The notes under the pieces: generated by a model
What the model saw: the letters and a program-made list of their open reading frames with translations, nothing else
Told to the model about the DNA's origin: nothing
Databases searched by the model: none
Position numbers and translations under genes: made by a program
Assembly (NCBI GenBank): GCA_963849325.1
Contig: CAWKHF010000006.1
Coordinates: 128,001 to 192,000, forward strand
From: an uncultured Planctomycetota bacterium
Lineage (GTDB): Bacteria; Planctomycetota; Planctomycetia; Gemmatales; Gemmataceae
Direction of reading: 5' to 3'
Length of the DNA: 64,000 nt
Part shown: in pieces, positions 45,175 to 53,343 of the stretch
Layout: every line of letters starts with the position of its first letter
How positions within the stretch are numbered: the stretch's first letter is position 1

Positions 45175-45351
45175 TTACCCCCAAAACGACCGCCTTCTGT
45201 ACCCATGTCCCAGGAAAGAAAGCGCCGCGAGAATGAGGAAGACGACGAAGAGGATTTTCGCCCCCTCCCAGGAGAAATTGGCCACCCCCCCGTAGCCGAG
45301 GAAGGCAGCGACCAGGGCGATGACGAGAAACACGATGGCCAGGCGTAACAT
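45175..45351 (-). CDS. DUF1328 small membrane protein
   Basis: MLRLAIVFLVIALVAAFLGYGGVA...AKILFVVFLIL; AAGGAGG RBS. Confidence 0.9.
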   Translation of the reverse strand: MLRLAIVFLVIALVAAFLGYGGVANFSWEGAKILFVVFLILAALSFLGHGYRRRSFWG

Positions 45352-45483
45352 GGTCAGATCCTCCTTCAAAAAGGTTGGGCTTCGTTGGCGAAGTGCCAGA
45401 CGTGCCCGCGATTGCCACTTCCGGATGGAACATACTCAAAACGTCCTCGCGCCATCCGTGCCGCTCCTCCTCGCGCCGGCCTG

Positions 45484-45675
45484 TCACTGGGTCTCGCCGG
45501 CGTGGAGGCGCACCCACACTTCCAGGCGATGGACGGCAACGTCGGCGGCGGCCTCGAAGCCCAGTCTCACTTTCCCGGCTTTAATGTCCAGCACCGTGAC
45601 TTTGAGGAGAGGGGCGAGGCCGTCGGTCCCTCCGACGACAACCACCTCCTGGCTCTTTCGGGTCAAAACCAACAT
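45484..45675 (-). CDS. csrA: Carbon storage regulator CsrA-family protein
   Basis: MLVLTRK, VTVLDI...VRLGFEA...VHRLEV. Confidence 0.88.
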   Translation of the reverse strand: MLVLTRKSQEVVVVGGTDGLAPLLKVTVLDIKAGKVRLGFEAAADVAVHRLEVWVRLHAGETQ

Positions 45676-46121
45676 GGCAGAACCTCCGTTTTCCTGATGG
45701 ACACACCCTCGATGAGCGCTTGGGAACGCACCAAGCGGCGTTCGCGCAGCAGCAGGATTTCCAGGCGCGCGAGGTCGATCGGCTTGATCAGGTAATGGTC
45801 AAAGCCCGCCTCGTCGCAGAGCCGACGGTGGACCTGGTCCGTCCAGCCGGTGATGGCGATCAGCAGAGTATCCGCGAAGGTCGCCTGCTGCCGCAGCTGT
45901 CGCGCCACCTGGCAGCCGTCCCTCTTCGGCATGGTAAGGTCCAGCAGCACGACATGAGGTTTACGAACAACCGTCATGTCGAGGGCGGCCGCGCCATCGT
46001 AGGCCGTCCGCGCCTCGTGCCCCCACAGGTTCACCAGCACGGACAAGCTGTCCGCGGCGTCTCGATTGTCATCGACGACCAGCACGTGGAGTGTCCGCTG
46101 GCTGTCCGCAAGGCGCGGCAT
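45663..46121 (-). CDS. Single-domain response regulator (REC)
   Basis: VLVVDDN, LLDLTMP..DG, AITG, GFDHYLIKP; start may be 46226. Confidence 0.88.
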   Translation of the reverse strand: MPRLADSQRTLHVLVVDDNRDAADSLSVLVNLWGHEARTAYDGAAALDMTVVRKPHVVLLDLTMPKRDGCQVARQLRQQATFADTLLIAITGWTDQVHRRLCDEAGFDHYLIKPIDLARLEILLLRERRLVRSQALIEGVSIRKTEVLPCWF

Positions 46122-46238
46122 CGAGTCGCCGCTCCGCCGCGCCGGCAAGACATCACCGGGCGGTAGCAACGACGCGCGGACGGCAGGACCGTCCACCCCA
46201 ACGGCTTCCAAACCGAGGCTCAACATGCTAGGACCTCC

Positions 46239-46685
46239 TTATCGACCTTGCGTAGCGGGTCCGCTGCCGCTCCAGGTATCCGCGGGTACGCTGTGGGAGA
46301 GCAGGAACACCTGGACCACCGTGCCGCTGGTGAATACTTTCACCACCGTGCCGCTGGCCGTCTCCACTTCCGCGGCCGCCTCGCGCACCTCCACTCCCGT
46401 GATTCGTTTGATGTCCTGGCGCAGCGAATCCGAGGAGTTGGCGAACAGCTGCCGGTGGAATTCCTGCACCTGCGCGACGCCTTCCGAGCTCATGGCCAGG
46501 GTCTTCTCGGCCGGCGACAGAGCGCCTTGCAGCGTGATCACCAGCGTGTTGTCACTGAGGACCACAGTCACCGATTTGGGTGCGCGGCCTGTAGTCCGGC
46601 ACTCGAAATCGATCGCCGCCTGGGCGATCTGCTGGGCCGCCGAGACGGCCTGACCATCGGATTCAGCCCTGGTCGTAGGGACCAT
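46239..46685 (-). CDS. DUF2294/MpsC-family protein
   Basis: TGRAPKSVTVVLSDNTLVITLQGALSPAEKTLA...ITGVEV. Confidence 0.85.
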   Translation of the reverse strand: MVPTTRAESDGQAVSAAQQIAQAAIDFECRTTGRAPKSVTVVLSDNTLVITLQGALSPAEKTLAMSSEGVAQVQEFHRQLFANSSDSLRQDIKRITGVEVREAAAEVETASGTVVKVFTSGTVVQVFLLSHSVPADTWSGSGPATQGR

Positions 46686-46722
46686 TGCGTCTCTCCCGCT
46701 AAGTCCGCCCCGGTCGGCCGAT

Positions 46723-46774
46723 AAAAAAAGCCGACGCGGTGGATCTCCCGGAAGGGAACCCACCGCGTCGGCTT
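46723..46774 (-). terminator. Intrinsic terminator in the leader of the DUF2294-REC-csrA operon
   Basis: Minus strand AAGCCGACGCGGTGG...CCACCGCGTCGGCTT followed by a T7 run, 38 nt upstream of the ATG. Confidence 0.85.
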
Positions 46775-46868
46775 ACTCGTAAACGGACCCTCTGGCTCGG
46801 CCAGATTGCCCTTTAGCTAGTCATCCAACGCATTCACCTATTCGGATTGGAATAGGTTCGGTATGTTC

Positions 46869-46896
46869 ATTGTAAGACTCGGAGTGGAGAAAGCAA
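46869..46896 (-). promoter_or_regulatory. Candidate sigma70 promoter
   Basis: Minus strand TTGCTT-N16-TACAAT. Confidence 0.5.
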
Positions 46897-46990
46897 GGGG
46901 GGCTTTCCGGTTCCGGACATGCCCTTTCCCAGTATCCTATCTTTCACGGGGCAGACCTTTCACGGGGATGGACCCGCCTTCGAGGTGATC

Positions 46991-47371
46991 ATGAAATCGC
47001 AGGGAGAGATCGAAGCCGCCATCGGCGAAGGGATCAGCCGCTTCGAGCAGGAATACATGGGTCGCGGCCCCAAGCACGTTCACGCCTACCTACTCGGCGA
47101 CCTCCTCGTGGTCCGCCTCCTGGGCGTTTTGACCGTGGCCGAACAGCAGCTGGTCAAGTCGCTTCCGGCCGAGAAGGGCCGCGACCTGCTCAAGCAAGTG
47201 CGCACCCATCTGGTCGAGACGGCGCGTCCGGTCATGGAGGAAATGGTCCAGGAGATCACCGGCATCAAGGTGGTGAGCCTGCACCACGACATCAGCACCC
47301 TCACCGGCGAGGAGGTCATGCTCTTCACGCTGGCCGAGTCGCCTCTGTTCCGTGAGGCAAGGAAAAAGTAG
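46991..47371 (+). CDS. DUF2294/MpsC-family protein
   Basis: MKSQGEIEAAI...EYMGRGPK...GVLTVAEQQL...SLHHDISTLTGEE; GAGGTG RBS. Confidence 0.9.
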   Translation: MKSQGEIEAAIGEGISRFEQEYMGRGPKHVHAYLLGDLLVVRLLGVLTVAEQQLVKSLPAEKGRDLLKQVRTHLVETARPVMEEMVQEITGIKVVSLHHDISTLTGEEVMLFTLAESPLFREARKK

Positions 47372-47473
47372 AGACCCCTCCAGCGAAGGGCGAAGCGGTG
47401 CGGGATGCCGCAGGGGAGATGCCGGCGACGGCGGGTAGAATGACCAAAGGGGAACTTCTTCGCGGAGGATGGT

Positions 47474-47794
47474 ATGATCCTGTCGGACTTTCTCACGCAC
47501 CATGCGGACGGCGAGATTACGTTGACCGGCCATCGCATCGGTCTGTACACCGTGGTGCGTCTGTACCGCGAGGGGCAGTCCGCCGAGCAGATCGCCGAGG
47601 AACTGGAGTCGCTGGGGTTGGCCCTGGTGTACAAAACGCTGGCCTTCTACCTGGAGAATCAGGCGGAAGTGGATGTTTACGTGGACGCTTATCGGGCAGA
47701 ACTGGACCGGCAGGCGCAGCTTCATCGAAAAGGCCCTGGCATTGAGGAATTGCGGCGACGTTGGCAAGAAAAGGGGTTGGGGACGCCGCCGTGA
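47474..47794 (+). CDS. DUF433 antitoxin-like protein, copy 1
   Basis: GHRIGLYTVV...GQSAEQIAEE..SL.LALVYKTLAFY. Confidence 0.85.
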   Translation: MILSDFLTHHADGEITLTGHRIGLYTVVRLYREGQSAEQIAEELESLGLALVYKTLAFYLENQAEVDVYVDAYRAELDRQAQLHRKGPGIEELRRRWQEKGLGTPP

Positions 47795-48165
47795 TGCCTG
47801 TCCTTCGCTACGTCCTGGATGAGAACTTACGCGGCATTCTCTGGCAGGCCATCCAACAACACAACGGTCTCGGCGCCTTCCCCCTCGATGCTGTCCGTGT
47901 CGGCGATCCGCCGGACCTGCCTCTGGGGACGGTGGATCCGAACATTCTTCTGTGGGCCGAATGGGAGGGACGAATCTTCGTGTCTCTGGACAAAACGACA
48001 TTGCCGGGCCACCTGGCCCAGCATCTCCAGCAGGGCCGTCATTCGCCGGGGATTCTCATCGTGACGCCATCCAGCACGCTCGCGGAAGTCCTTGAATATC
48101 TCGTGTACGCCGCCTATGCCGGCAAGCCCATCGATTACGCGGACGGCATCACGTTCATCCCCTGA
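47794..48165 (+). CDS. DUF5615 PIN-like toxin, copy 1
   Basis: YVLDENL, GTVDPNILLWAEWEGRIFVSLD, HSPGI. Confidence 0.85.
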   Translation: MPVLRYVLDENLRGILWQAIQQHNGLGAFPLDAVRVGDPPDLPLGTVDPNILLWAEWEGRIFVSLDKTTLPGHLAQHLQQGRHSPGILIVTPSSTLAEVLEYLVYAAYAGKPIDYADGITFIP

Positions 48166-48195
48166 ACTTCGCCACGGCCCGCAACGGAGGACGCC

Positions 48196-48600
48196 ATGAT
48201 CCTGCCGGACTTTCTCACGCGCCACGCGGACAATGACATTCGCCTGACCGGCCATCGCATCGGCTTGTACACCGTGGTGCGCCTGTACCGCGAAGGGCAG
48301 TCCGCCGAGCAGATCGCCGAGGAGCTGCCGTCGCTGGGGTTGGCCCTGGTGTACAAAACGCTGGCCTTCTACCTGGAGAATCAGGCGGAAGTGGATGTCT
48401 ACATGGATACGTATCGCGCCGAACTGGATCGGCAGGAGGCGCTGTACGACAATAGTCCGGTAGCGCTCAAGATGCGGCGTCTCCGGGAATTGCTCCAGCA
48501 AGCCGATGAACGGTTCGGTTCCGAGCCGGGCTGGGCGACCGTTCCAATCCCGGAGAAGATTCGACGAATGGAGGAAGCAACCTCTCCTCCGGCGGTGTAA
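48196..48600 (+). CDS. DUF433 antitoxin-like protein, copy 2
   Basis: Near-identical N-terminus to copies 1 and 3. Confidence 0.85.
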   Translation: MILPDFLTRHADNDIRLTGHRIGLYTVVRLYREGQSAEQIAEELPSLGLALVYKTLAFYLENQAEVDVYMDTYRAELDRQEALYDNSPVALKMRRLRELLQQADERFGSEPGWATVPIPEKIRRMEEATSPPAV

Positions 48601-48602
48601 CG

Positions 48603-48977
48603 ATGCCCTTACGCTTCGTGCTGGATGAACATCTGCGCGGCGGTGGCCTGTGGCGGATTATCCAGCAACACAACGCGCAGGGGCTGAACCTTCTCGATGC
48701 CGTCCGCGTGGGCGACCCGCTCGATCTCCCTCTGGGAACAACGGATCCGGATGTGTTGATCTGGGCGGAGCGCGAAGGCCGAATCCTCCTGTCGCGCGAT
48801 TTCAGCAGCTTGCCGGGACACCTCGTCCAGCATCTTCGGACGGGACGCCATGCGCCGGGGATCTTTCTCCTTCGCCCGCGTGCCTCGTTGTCTGCCGTGC
48901 TAGGAGACCTTGTCGTGACGGCTCACGCCGGCGATGCGGCTGACTTTCAGGACGCCATCCGCGTCATCCCGTTCTAA
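48603..48977 (+). CDS. DUF5615 PIN-like toxin, copy 2
   Basis: FVLDEHL, GTTDPDVLIWAEREGRILLSRD, HAPGI. Confidence 0.85.
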   Translation: MPLRFVLDEHLRGGGLWRIIQQHNAQGLNLLDAVRVGDPLDLPLGTTDPDVLIWAEREGRILLSRDFSSLPGHLVQHLRTGRHAPGIFLLRPRASLSAVLGDLVVTAHAGDAADFQDAIRVIPF

Positions 48978-49052
48978 TCGACCCCGGCGGTCCAGGATGG
49001 GATGCTCCGGCGATGGCGGGTACAATGAGGAGCCATTTTCGAGGAGCCTACG

Positions 49053-49457
49053 ATGGTCCTGCCGGACTTTCTCACGCGCCACGCGGACAATGACATTCGC
49101 CTGACCGGCCATCGCATCGGCTTGTACACCGTGGTGCGTCTGTACCGCGAAGGGCAGTCCGCCGAGCAGATCGCCGAGGAGCTGCCGTCGCTGGGACTGG
49201 CCCTAGTGTACAAAACGCTGGCTTTCTACCTGGAGAATCAGGCGGAAGTGGATGTTTATATGGACGCCTATCGCGCCGAGTTGGACCGGCAGGAGGCGGC
49301 TTATGTGCCGGGACCGGGGGCGCTCAAACTCCGGCGTCTCCTGGAGCTAGTCCGTGAAGCGGACTCGCGGTATGGCTCTGACCCGGCCTGGTCGGCCCTC
49401 GACATCATTGAGAAATTGCACCGACTTGGGGAGATCCCTCCCACGAATCCGGTGTGA
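49053..49457 (+). CDS. DUF433 antitoxin-like protein, copy 3 (no PIN partner)
   Basis: Near-identical N-terminus to copy 2. Confidence 0.85.
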   Translation: MVLPDFLTRHADNDIRLTGHRIGLYTVVRLYREGQSAEQIAEELPSLGLALVYKTLAFYLENQAEVDVYMDAYRAELDRQEAAYVPGPGALKLRRLLELVREADSRYGSDPAWSALDIIEKLHRLGEIPPTNPV

Positions 49458-49630
49458 CGATGCCGTTGTGCTTGGAGTTGCGCGGAAACCGGCGAAGGGC
49501 ATCGCGAATTGTAACAACCCGCCGCGACAGAAAACTTTCGCCTTCGCCAATCGTCTTCCTTTTAGGAGGTCACGACGAACACGGCCCCAACGCTTGCGGG
49601 CGTTGACTGTCCCGAAGGAGGTACAACGTT

Positions 49631-50647
49631 ATGCGTCGTCTTCTCTTCCGCGTCGCCGGGCTGTGCCTGGCCCCGCTGACCGGGTTGGCCCTGGTCCACG
49701 CCTCCGAGCTGGACGGCAAACCCGCCGTCCGGCCTGTCAAACCCGCCACGCCTGCCACGGTATTCGTCCCGGACAAGGAGCTGACCTGCGGCTCGCACGG
49801 CACGCGCGTCGAGTTCGTCGCCACGCCCAGCAAGGCCGCGGCCATCGCCAAGAAAGAGCAGAAGCTCGTCTTCGTGCTGCACGTCTCCGGCAACTTTGAA
49901 GACCCGCGCTTCACCTGAAACAACGCCGAGGCGCTCCGTGTGAACGCCCTGGCCAATGCCGAAGTCGGCAAGTACCTCAACGAATACTTCGTCTCCTCCT
50001 TCCAGAAGGTCGCCACCTTCCGCATCGTCGGCGGTCAGAAACAGGGCGGCAACGTCGCCAGCTACTTCTGCGCTCCCGATGGCCGCGTCCTGCACGTCGT
50101 CGCCGGGCCGGTCAACGCCGACACCCTGCTGCGCGAAGCGAAGTGGGTCGTCGAGACCACCAAGAAGGCGATGGACGACGCCAAGGGCGACGGCCTGAAG
50201 TTCAAGGCGTTCTTCCGCAAGGCCCATGCCGAGCGCCTCAAGGACGAGCACGGCCTGACCGTCGAGCCGGTCACGTTCGATCCGCCGGCCGATGCGGACG
50301 AGAATGGCGCCTTGACCTACCGCGACCCGAGCGGCCGGCCGCTGGCGCCGAAGCTGCCGCCGCCGCCGATCGATGGGCCGGACGTTACCATTCGGCCGGC
50401 GCTGGCGCTGCAAAAAGCCGAGGCCAAGATGGCCGGCGCGCGTGCTCTGCTCGATCGCCGGGGCCGTCGCTGGGTGCTCGGCAACCAGGGCCGCGTTCAC
50501 GTGCTTCTGGCCGCCCACGCCATGAACAAGATCGAGACGATCTACGCCACCATCTTCGAGGGCATCCTCGGCGAGAAGATCTCGACCAGGCCCGTCGAGG
50601 TCGTCACGCCCTTCCCGTGGCTCAACCACCGCGGTAAGGGCGGGTAA
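49631..50647 (+). CDS. Putative exported thioredoxin-fold selenoprotein (SelN-like), Sec at codon 96 (TGA 49916-49918)
   Basis: ORFs 49631-49918 and 49940-50647 are in frame and separated only by TGA; joined sequence AKKEQKLVFVLHVSGNFEDPRFT-U-NNAEALRVNALANAEVGKYLNEYFVS reads as one Trx-like domain; AAGGAGG RBS only at the first ORF. Confidence 0.72.
49925..49953 (+). promoter_or_regulatory. Candidate bacterial SECIS hairpin
   Basis: GCCGAGGCGCTC-CGTGT-GAACGCCCTGGC, 10 of 12 positions pair; loop begins 18 nt after the TGA and has GT at loop positions 2-3. Confidence 0.55.
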
Positions 50648-50665
50648 GGATCCGTCCCAGAATTC

Positions 50666-50742
50666 CTTCCTGTTTCGCCGCGACGCGCAGCGGAGCGCGG
50701 GAGACTCCCGCGCTCCGCTGCGCGTCGCGGCGAAACAGGAAG
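50666..50742. repeat. Long perfect palindrome (REP-like)
   Basis: 38-bp arms CTTCCTGTTTCGCCGCGACGCGCAGCGGAGCGCGGGAG, 1-nt spacer. Confidence 0.9.
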
Positions 50743-50846
50743 TCGCCGTTCGGCTTTCGTCTTGTCCCAAGCTCCCCCATCTGCTAGACCTTACGGCGTT
50801 ACGACGACGCCTCAATTCAACCAAGGGACGGAAGCGCGCAAGACGT

Positions 50847-51746
50847 ATGATCCCCATTGACCTGAGCGGGAAAACGGCCCTCGTCACCGGCGTGGGCGAC
50901 AACGAGAGCTTCGCCTGGTTCATCGCCAAGGCGCTGCAGGCGGCCGGCGCGCGCCTGGTGTTCGCCGTCCATCCGCGCATGATCCGCATCGTCGAGGGCT
51001 TCCTCAGCGGCGAAGCGCCCGACGACCTGGCCAGCCGTGCCCTGCCCTACGGCGGCGGCAGTCTGAAGGTCGAGAAGCTGCTGCCCTGCGACGTCGGCTA
51101 CGACACTCTCGCCGACGTGCCCGAGGCGACGCGCAACGACCGCCGATACAAGCGCGTCGAGGAGCAGCACGGCGATTACTCCATCGAAGGATTGATGAAG
51201 GCGGTCAAGGAATCGCACGGCGGCATCGACATGCTCGTCCACAGCGTCGCCTTTGCGCCGGAGATCAAGAGCAAGCTGATCGACACGACGCGAGCGGGCT
51301 ACTGGACGGCGATCAGCATCAGTGCTTACTCGCTGATCGGCCTGGTGCGGGCGGCGCTGCCGTTGATGGAGAATCGTCCGAGTGGAGCGTCGGTGGTGGG
51401 TCTGACGTACCTGGGCGGCGCACGGGTGGTGCCGCACTACGGCGGCGGCATGTCCACGGCCAAGGCGGCGCTGGAGATCGACGCCAAGCAGCTGGCCCAC
51501 AACGTCGGCGACAAGGGCATCCGCATCAATCTCATCTCGGCCGGACCCTACGCCTCGCGCACCGCCAAGGGCATCGGCGACATCCAGCAAATGATCGATT
51601 ACGCCGCCCAGCGTTCGCCGCTGCCGCGCGGCGTCACGCCGGAAGAGGTGGCCAACACCACCGTCTTCTTGTGCAGTCCGCTGGCCTCGGGCATCACCGG
51701 ACACGTCCTCTATGTCGATTGCGGCTACAACGTGATGGGCGTGTGA
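50847..51746 (+). CDS. fabI: Enoyl-ACP reductase (chlamydial/plant-like type)
   Basis: IDLSGKTALVTGVGD, LVHS, SISAYS, YGGGMSTAKAALE, ISAGP, ASGITGHVLYVDCG. Confidence 0.92.
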   Translation: MIPIDLSGKTALVTGVGDNESFAWFIAKALQAAGARLVFAVHPRMIRIVEGFLSGEAPDDLASRALPYGGGSLKVEKLLPCDVGYDTLADVPEATRNDRRYKRVEEQHGDYSIEGLMKAVKESHGGIDMLVHSVAFAPEIKSKLIDTTRAGYWTAISISAYSLIGLVRAALPLMENRPSGASVVGLTYLGGARVVPHYGGGMSTAKAALEIDAKQLAHNVGDKGIRINLISAGPYASRTAKGIGDIQQMIDYAAQRSPLPRGVTPEEVANTTVFLCSPLASGITGHVLYVDCGYNVMGV

Positions 51747-51761
51747 GCGGCCGCTTGCGAG

Positions 51762-51819
51762 CCGAGCCCGCGGCGTAAGCGAGGGTTGCAATCTTCCCTC
51801 GCTTACGCCGCGGGCTCGG
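51762..51819. repeat. REP-like palindrome between convergent genes
   Basis: 24-bp inverted repeat CCGAGCCCGCGGCGTAAGCGAGGG; near-identical to 8103-8157. Confidence 0.9.
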
Positions 51820-51849
51820 AAGTAGAAGAACGGTTGGCGGTTGGCGACC

Positions 51850-52413
51850 TCAGGGAGCGGAGTTGCCGGCTGTCAGTCGGCCCGCGCCCGCGGCATTGCT
51901 GTTGCGAGAGCTGTTGGCGGTATTGGCCGTGTTGTTCCGCCGATTGTTGGTGATATTGGCCACGTTGCCGCGGCGGGATTTGTTGGTGGTGTTGGCGGTG
52001 TTGGCGGTGTTGGCCGCATTGGCCGCGTTGCTGTGGTGGGAGTTGTTGATGGTGGTCACGACGCGCGTGTGAGAGCTGTTGGTGGTGGTCACGACGCGGG
52101 TGCGCGAGTTGTTGGCGACATTGCGGGTGTTATTCGAGGTATTGGCGACGTTGCTGTGTCGGGTGTTGTTGGCGACGTTGCTGGTGCGGGCGTTGTTCGA
52201 GGTGTTGGCCACGTTGCTGGTACGGGCGTTGTTCGAGGTGTTGGCGACGTTGCTGGTGCGGGCGTTGCTCGGGACGTTGGTCACGTTGACGTACACGGTT
52301 ACCGGGTAGGCGTTGGCATAGGGGACGCCGGGGCCGTTGCAGGCCCGGACCTGCGTGCCGACCACGGCCACGATCGCCAGACTCACCAGCAGAGACATCA
52401 GAAACTTACGCAT
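51850..52413 (-). CDS. Secreted Asn/Thr/Ala-rich repeat protein
   Basis: GAGGAG RBS; signal peptide; NNARTSNVANTS repeats; NAANAANTANTANT. Confidence 0.75.
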   Translation of the reverse strand: MRKFLMSLLVSLAIVAVVGTQVRACNGPGVPYANAYPVTVYVNVTNVPSNARTSNVANTSNNARTSNVANTSNNARTSNVANNTRHSNVANTSNNTRNVANNSRTRVVTTTNSSHTRVVTTINNSHHSNAANAANTANTANTTNKSRRGNVANITNNRRNNTANTANSSRNSNAAGAGRLTAGNSAP

Positions 52414-52564
52414 GGGAGGCTCCTCGCCGCAGTGCGGCATCAGGGGTGAGAAGAAGGACTTTTCCGGCTGACCATCGTTTCATCGCGGCCAGCCTGCTCG
52501 ACAGATTCAACGCGATTTCGATCCGAAGCGGACAAAACGCCGCGATTTTTTTCGCCCCGGCGTC

Positions 52565-53135
52565 TCAGCGAACGTAGAGGGCGATGGGTACGCCGTACTC
52601 GGGTCCGGCGAGGGACTGCGGCGTCGCATGGCGGATCAGAGCCAGTCCGCCCAGCTTGCTCTGCCAGGTGCCGTCGGTCGCCTGGATGGCCGCGTGCGTC
52701 ACGCGGACGATCCGGCCGGATTCGTTGCGCAGGCCGTAGACGACGACTTTCTGCACTCCCGATTGCCGGCGGAAGTCCAGCACCGACATCCGCCGATAGC
52801 CGGCCGAGCGGTACAGCTGATCCATGAATGCCAGCGGCGCGTTGGCCGGCCCCGTTTGCGGGTCGATCCAGCGATTGTGGATGCCCAGGGAGTGGGAGAT
52901 ACAGTTGTAACGGTCGGTCGCGGGGGCCAGCACTTCAAACGCGGAGCCTAGACGCGGGAAGCTCCTCCGATTGCTGGTGTTCTGCAGGCGCTGCCGCTCG
53001 GTCGCCAGACGGGTCTGGTTCCGCGCGGCGGCCTGGGCCGGAGGAGTCAGGCTCGCCGCCGAGCTGGAATCCCGCCGTGACGACAAGTGCGGCTGTCAGG
53101 AAGAGGATGCGGAGGGAAAGGGTCGTGCTTCGCAT
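52565..53135 (-). CDS. Secreted protein with papain-like Cys/His motifs (frameshift near 53070)
   Basis: Signal peptide MRSTTLSLRILFLTAALVV; YNCISHSLG, THAAIQ, WQSKLG. Confidence 0.65.
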
Positions 53136-53239
53136 GGGAGGCTCTTGAAAGGGCCGCCGGGTTGACTCGCGACTCATCCGATCCAACGCAACACGGGCGG
53201 GGAGCGGACAAATTCGGGAAAATACGGGGATCAAACGAG

Positions 53240-53271
53240 CGACCCCGAGGCGTCAAGACGCCTCGGGGTCG
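53240..53271. repeat. Palindrome
   Basis: CGACCCCGAGGCGTC-AA-GACGCCTCGGGGTCG. Confidence 0.8.
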
Positions 53272-53295
53272 AGAGGAGGGGAATGCGGAATTTCG

Positions 53296-53343
53296 GAGCC
53301 TGAAGCGTAAGCGAAGGTTGCTCTTCGCTTACGCTTCAGGCTC
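53296..53343. repeat. REP-like palindrome
   Basis: 21-bp arms GAGCCTGAAGCGTAAGCGAAG, identical to the core of 43376-43446. Confidence 0.9.

Noticed and set aside
46780-46830. c-di-GMP-I riboswitch (GGCAA...stem resemblance)
   Set aside because: Lacks the GAAA tetraloop and the GACGCAAAGC segment; kept as an unassigned leader.
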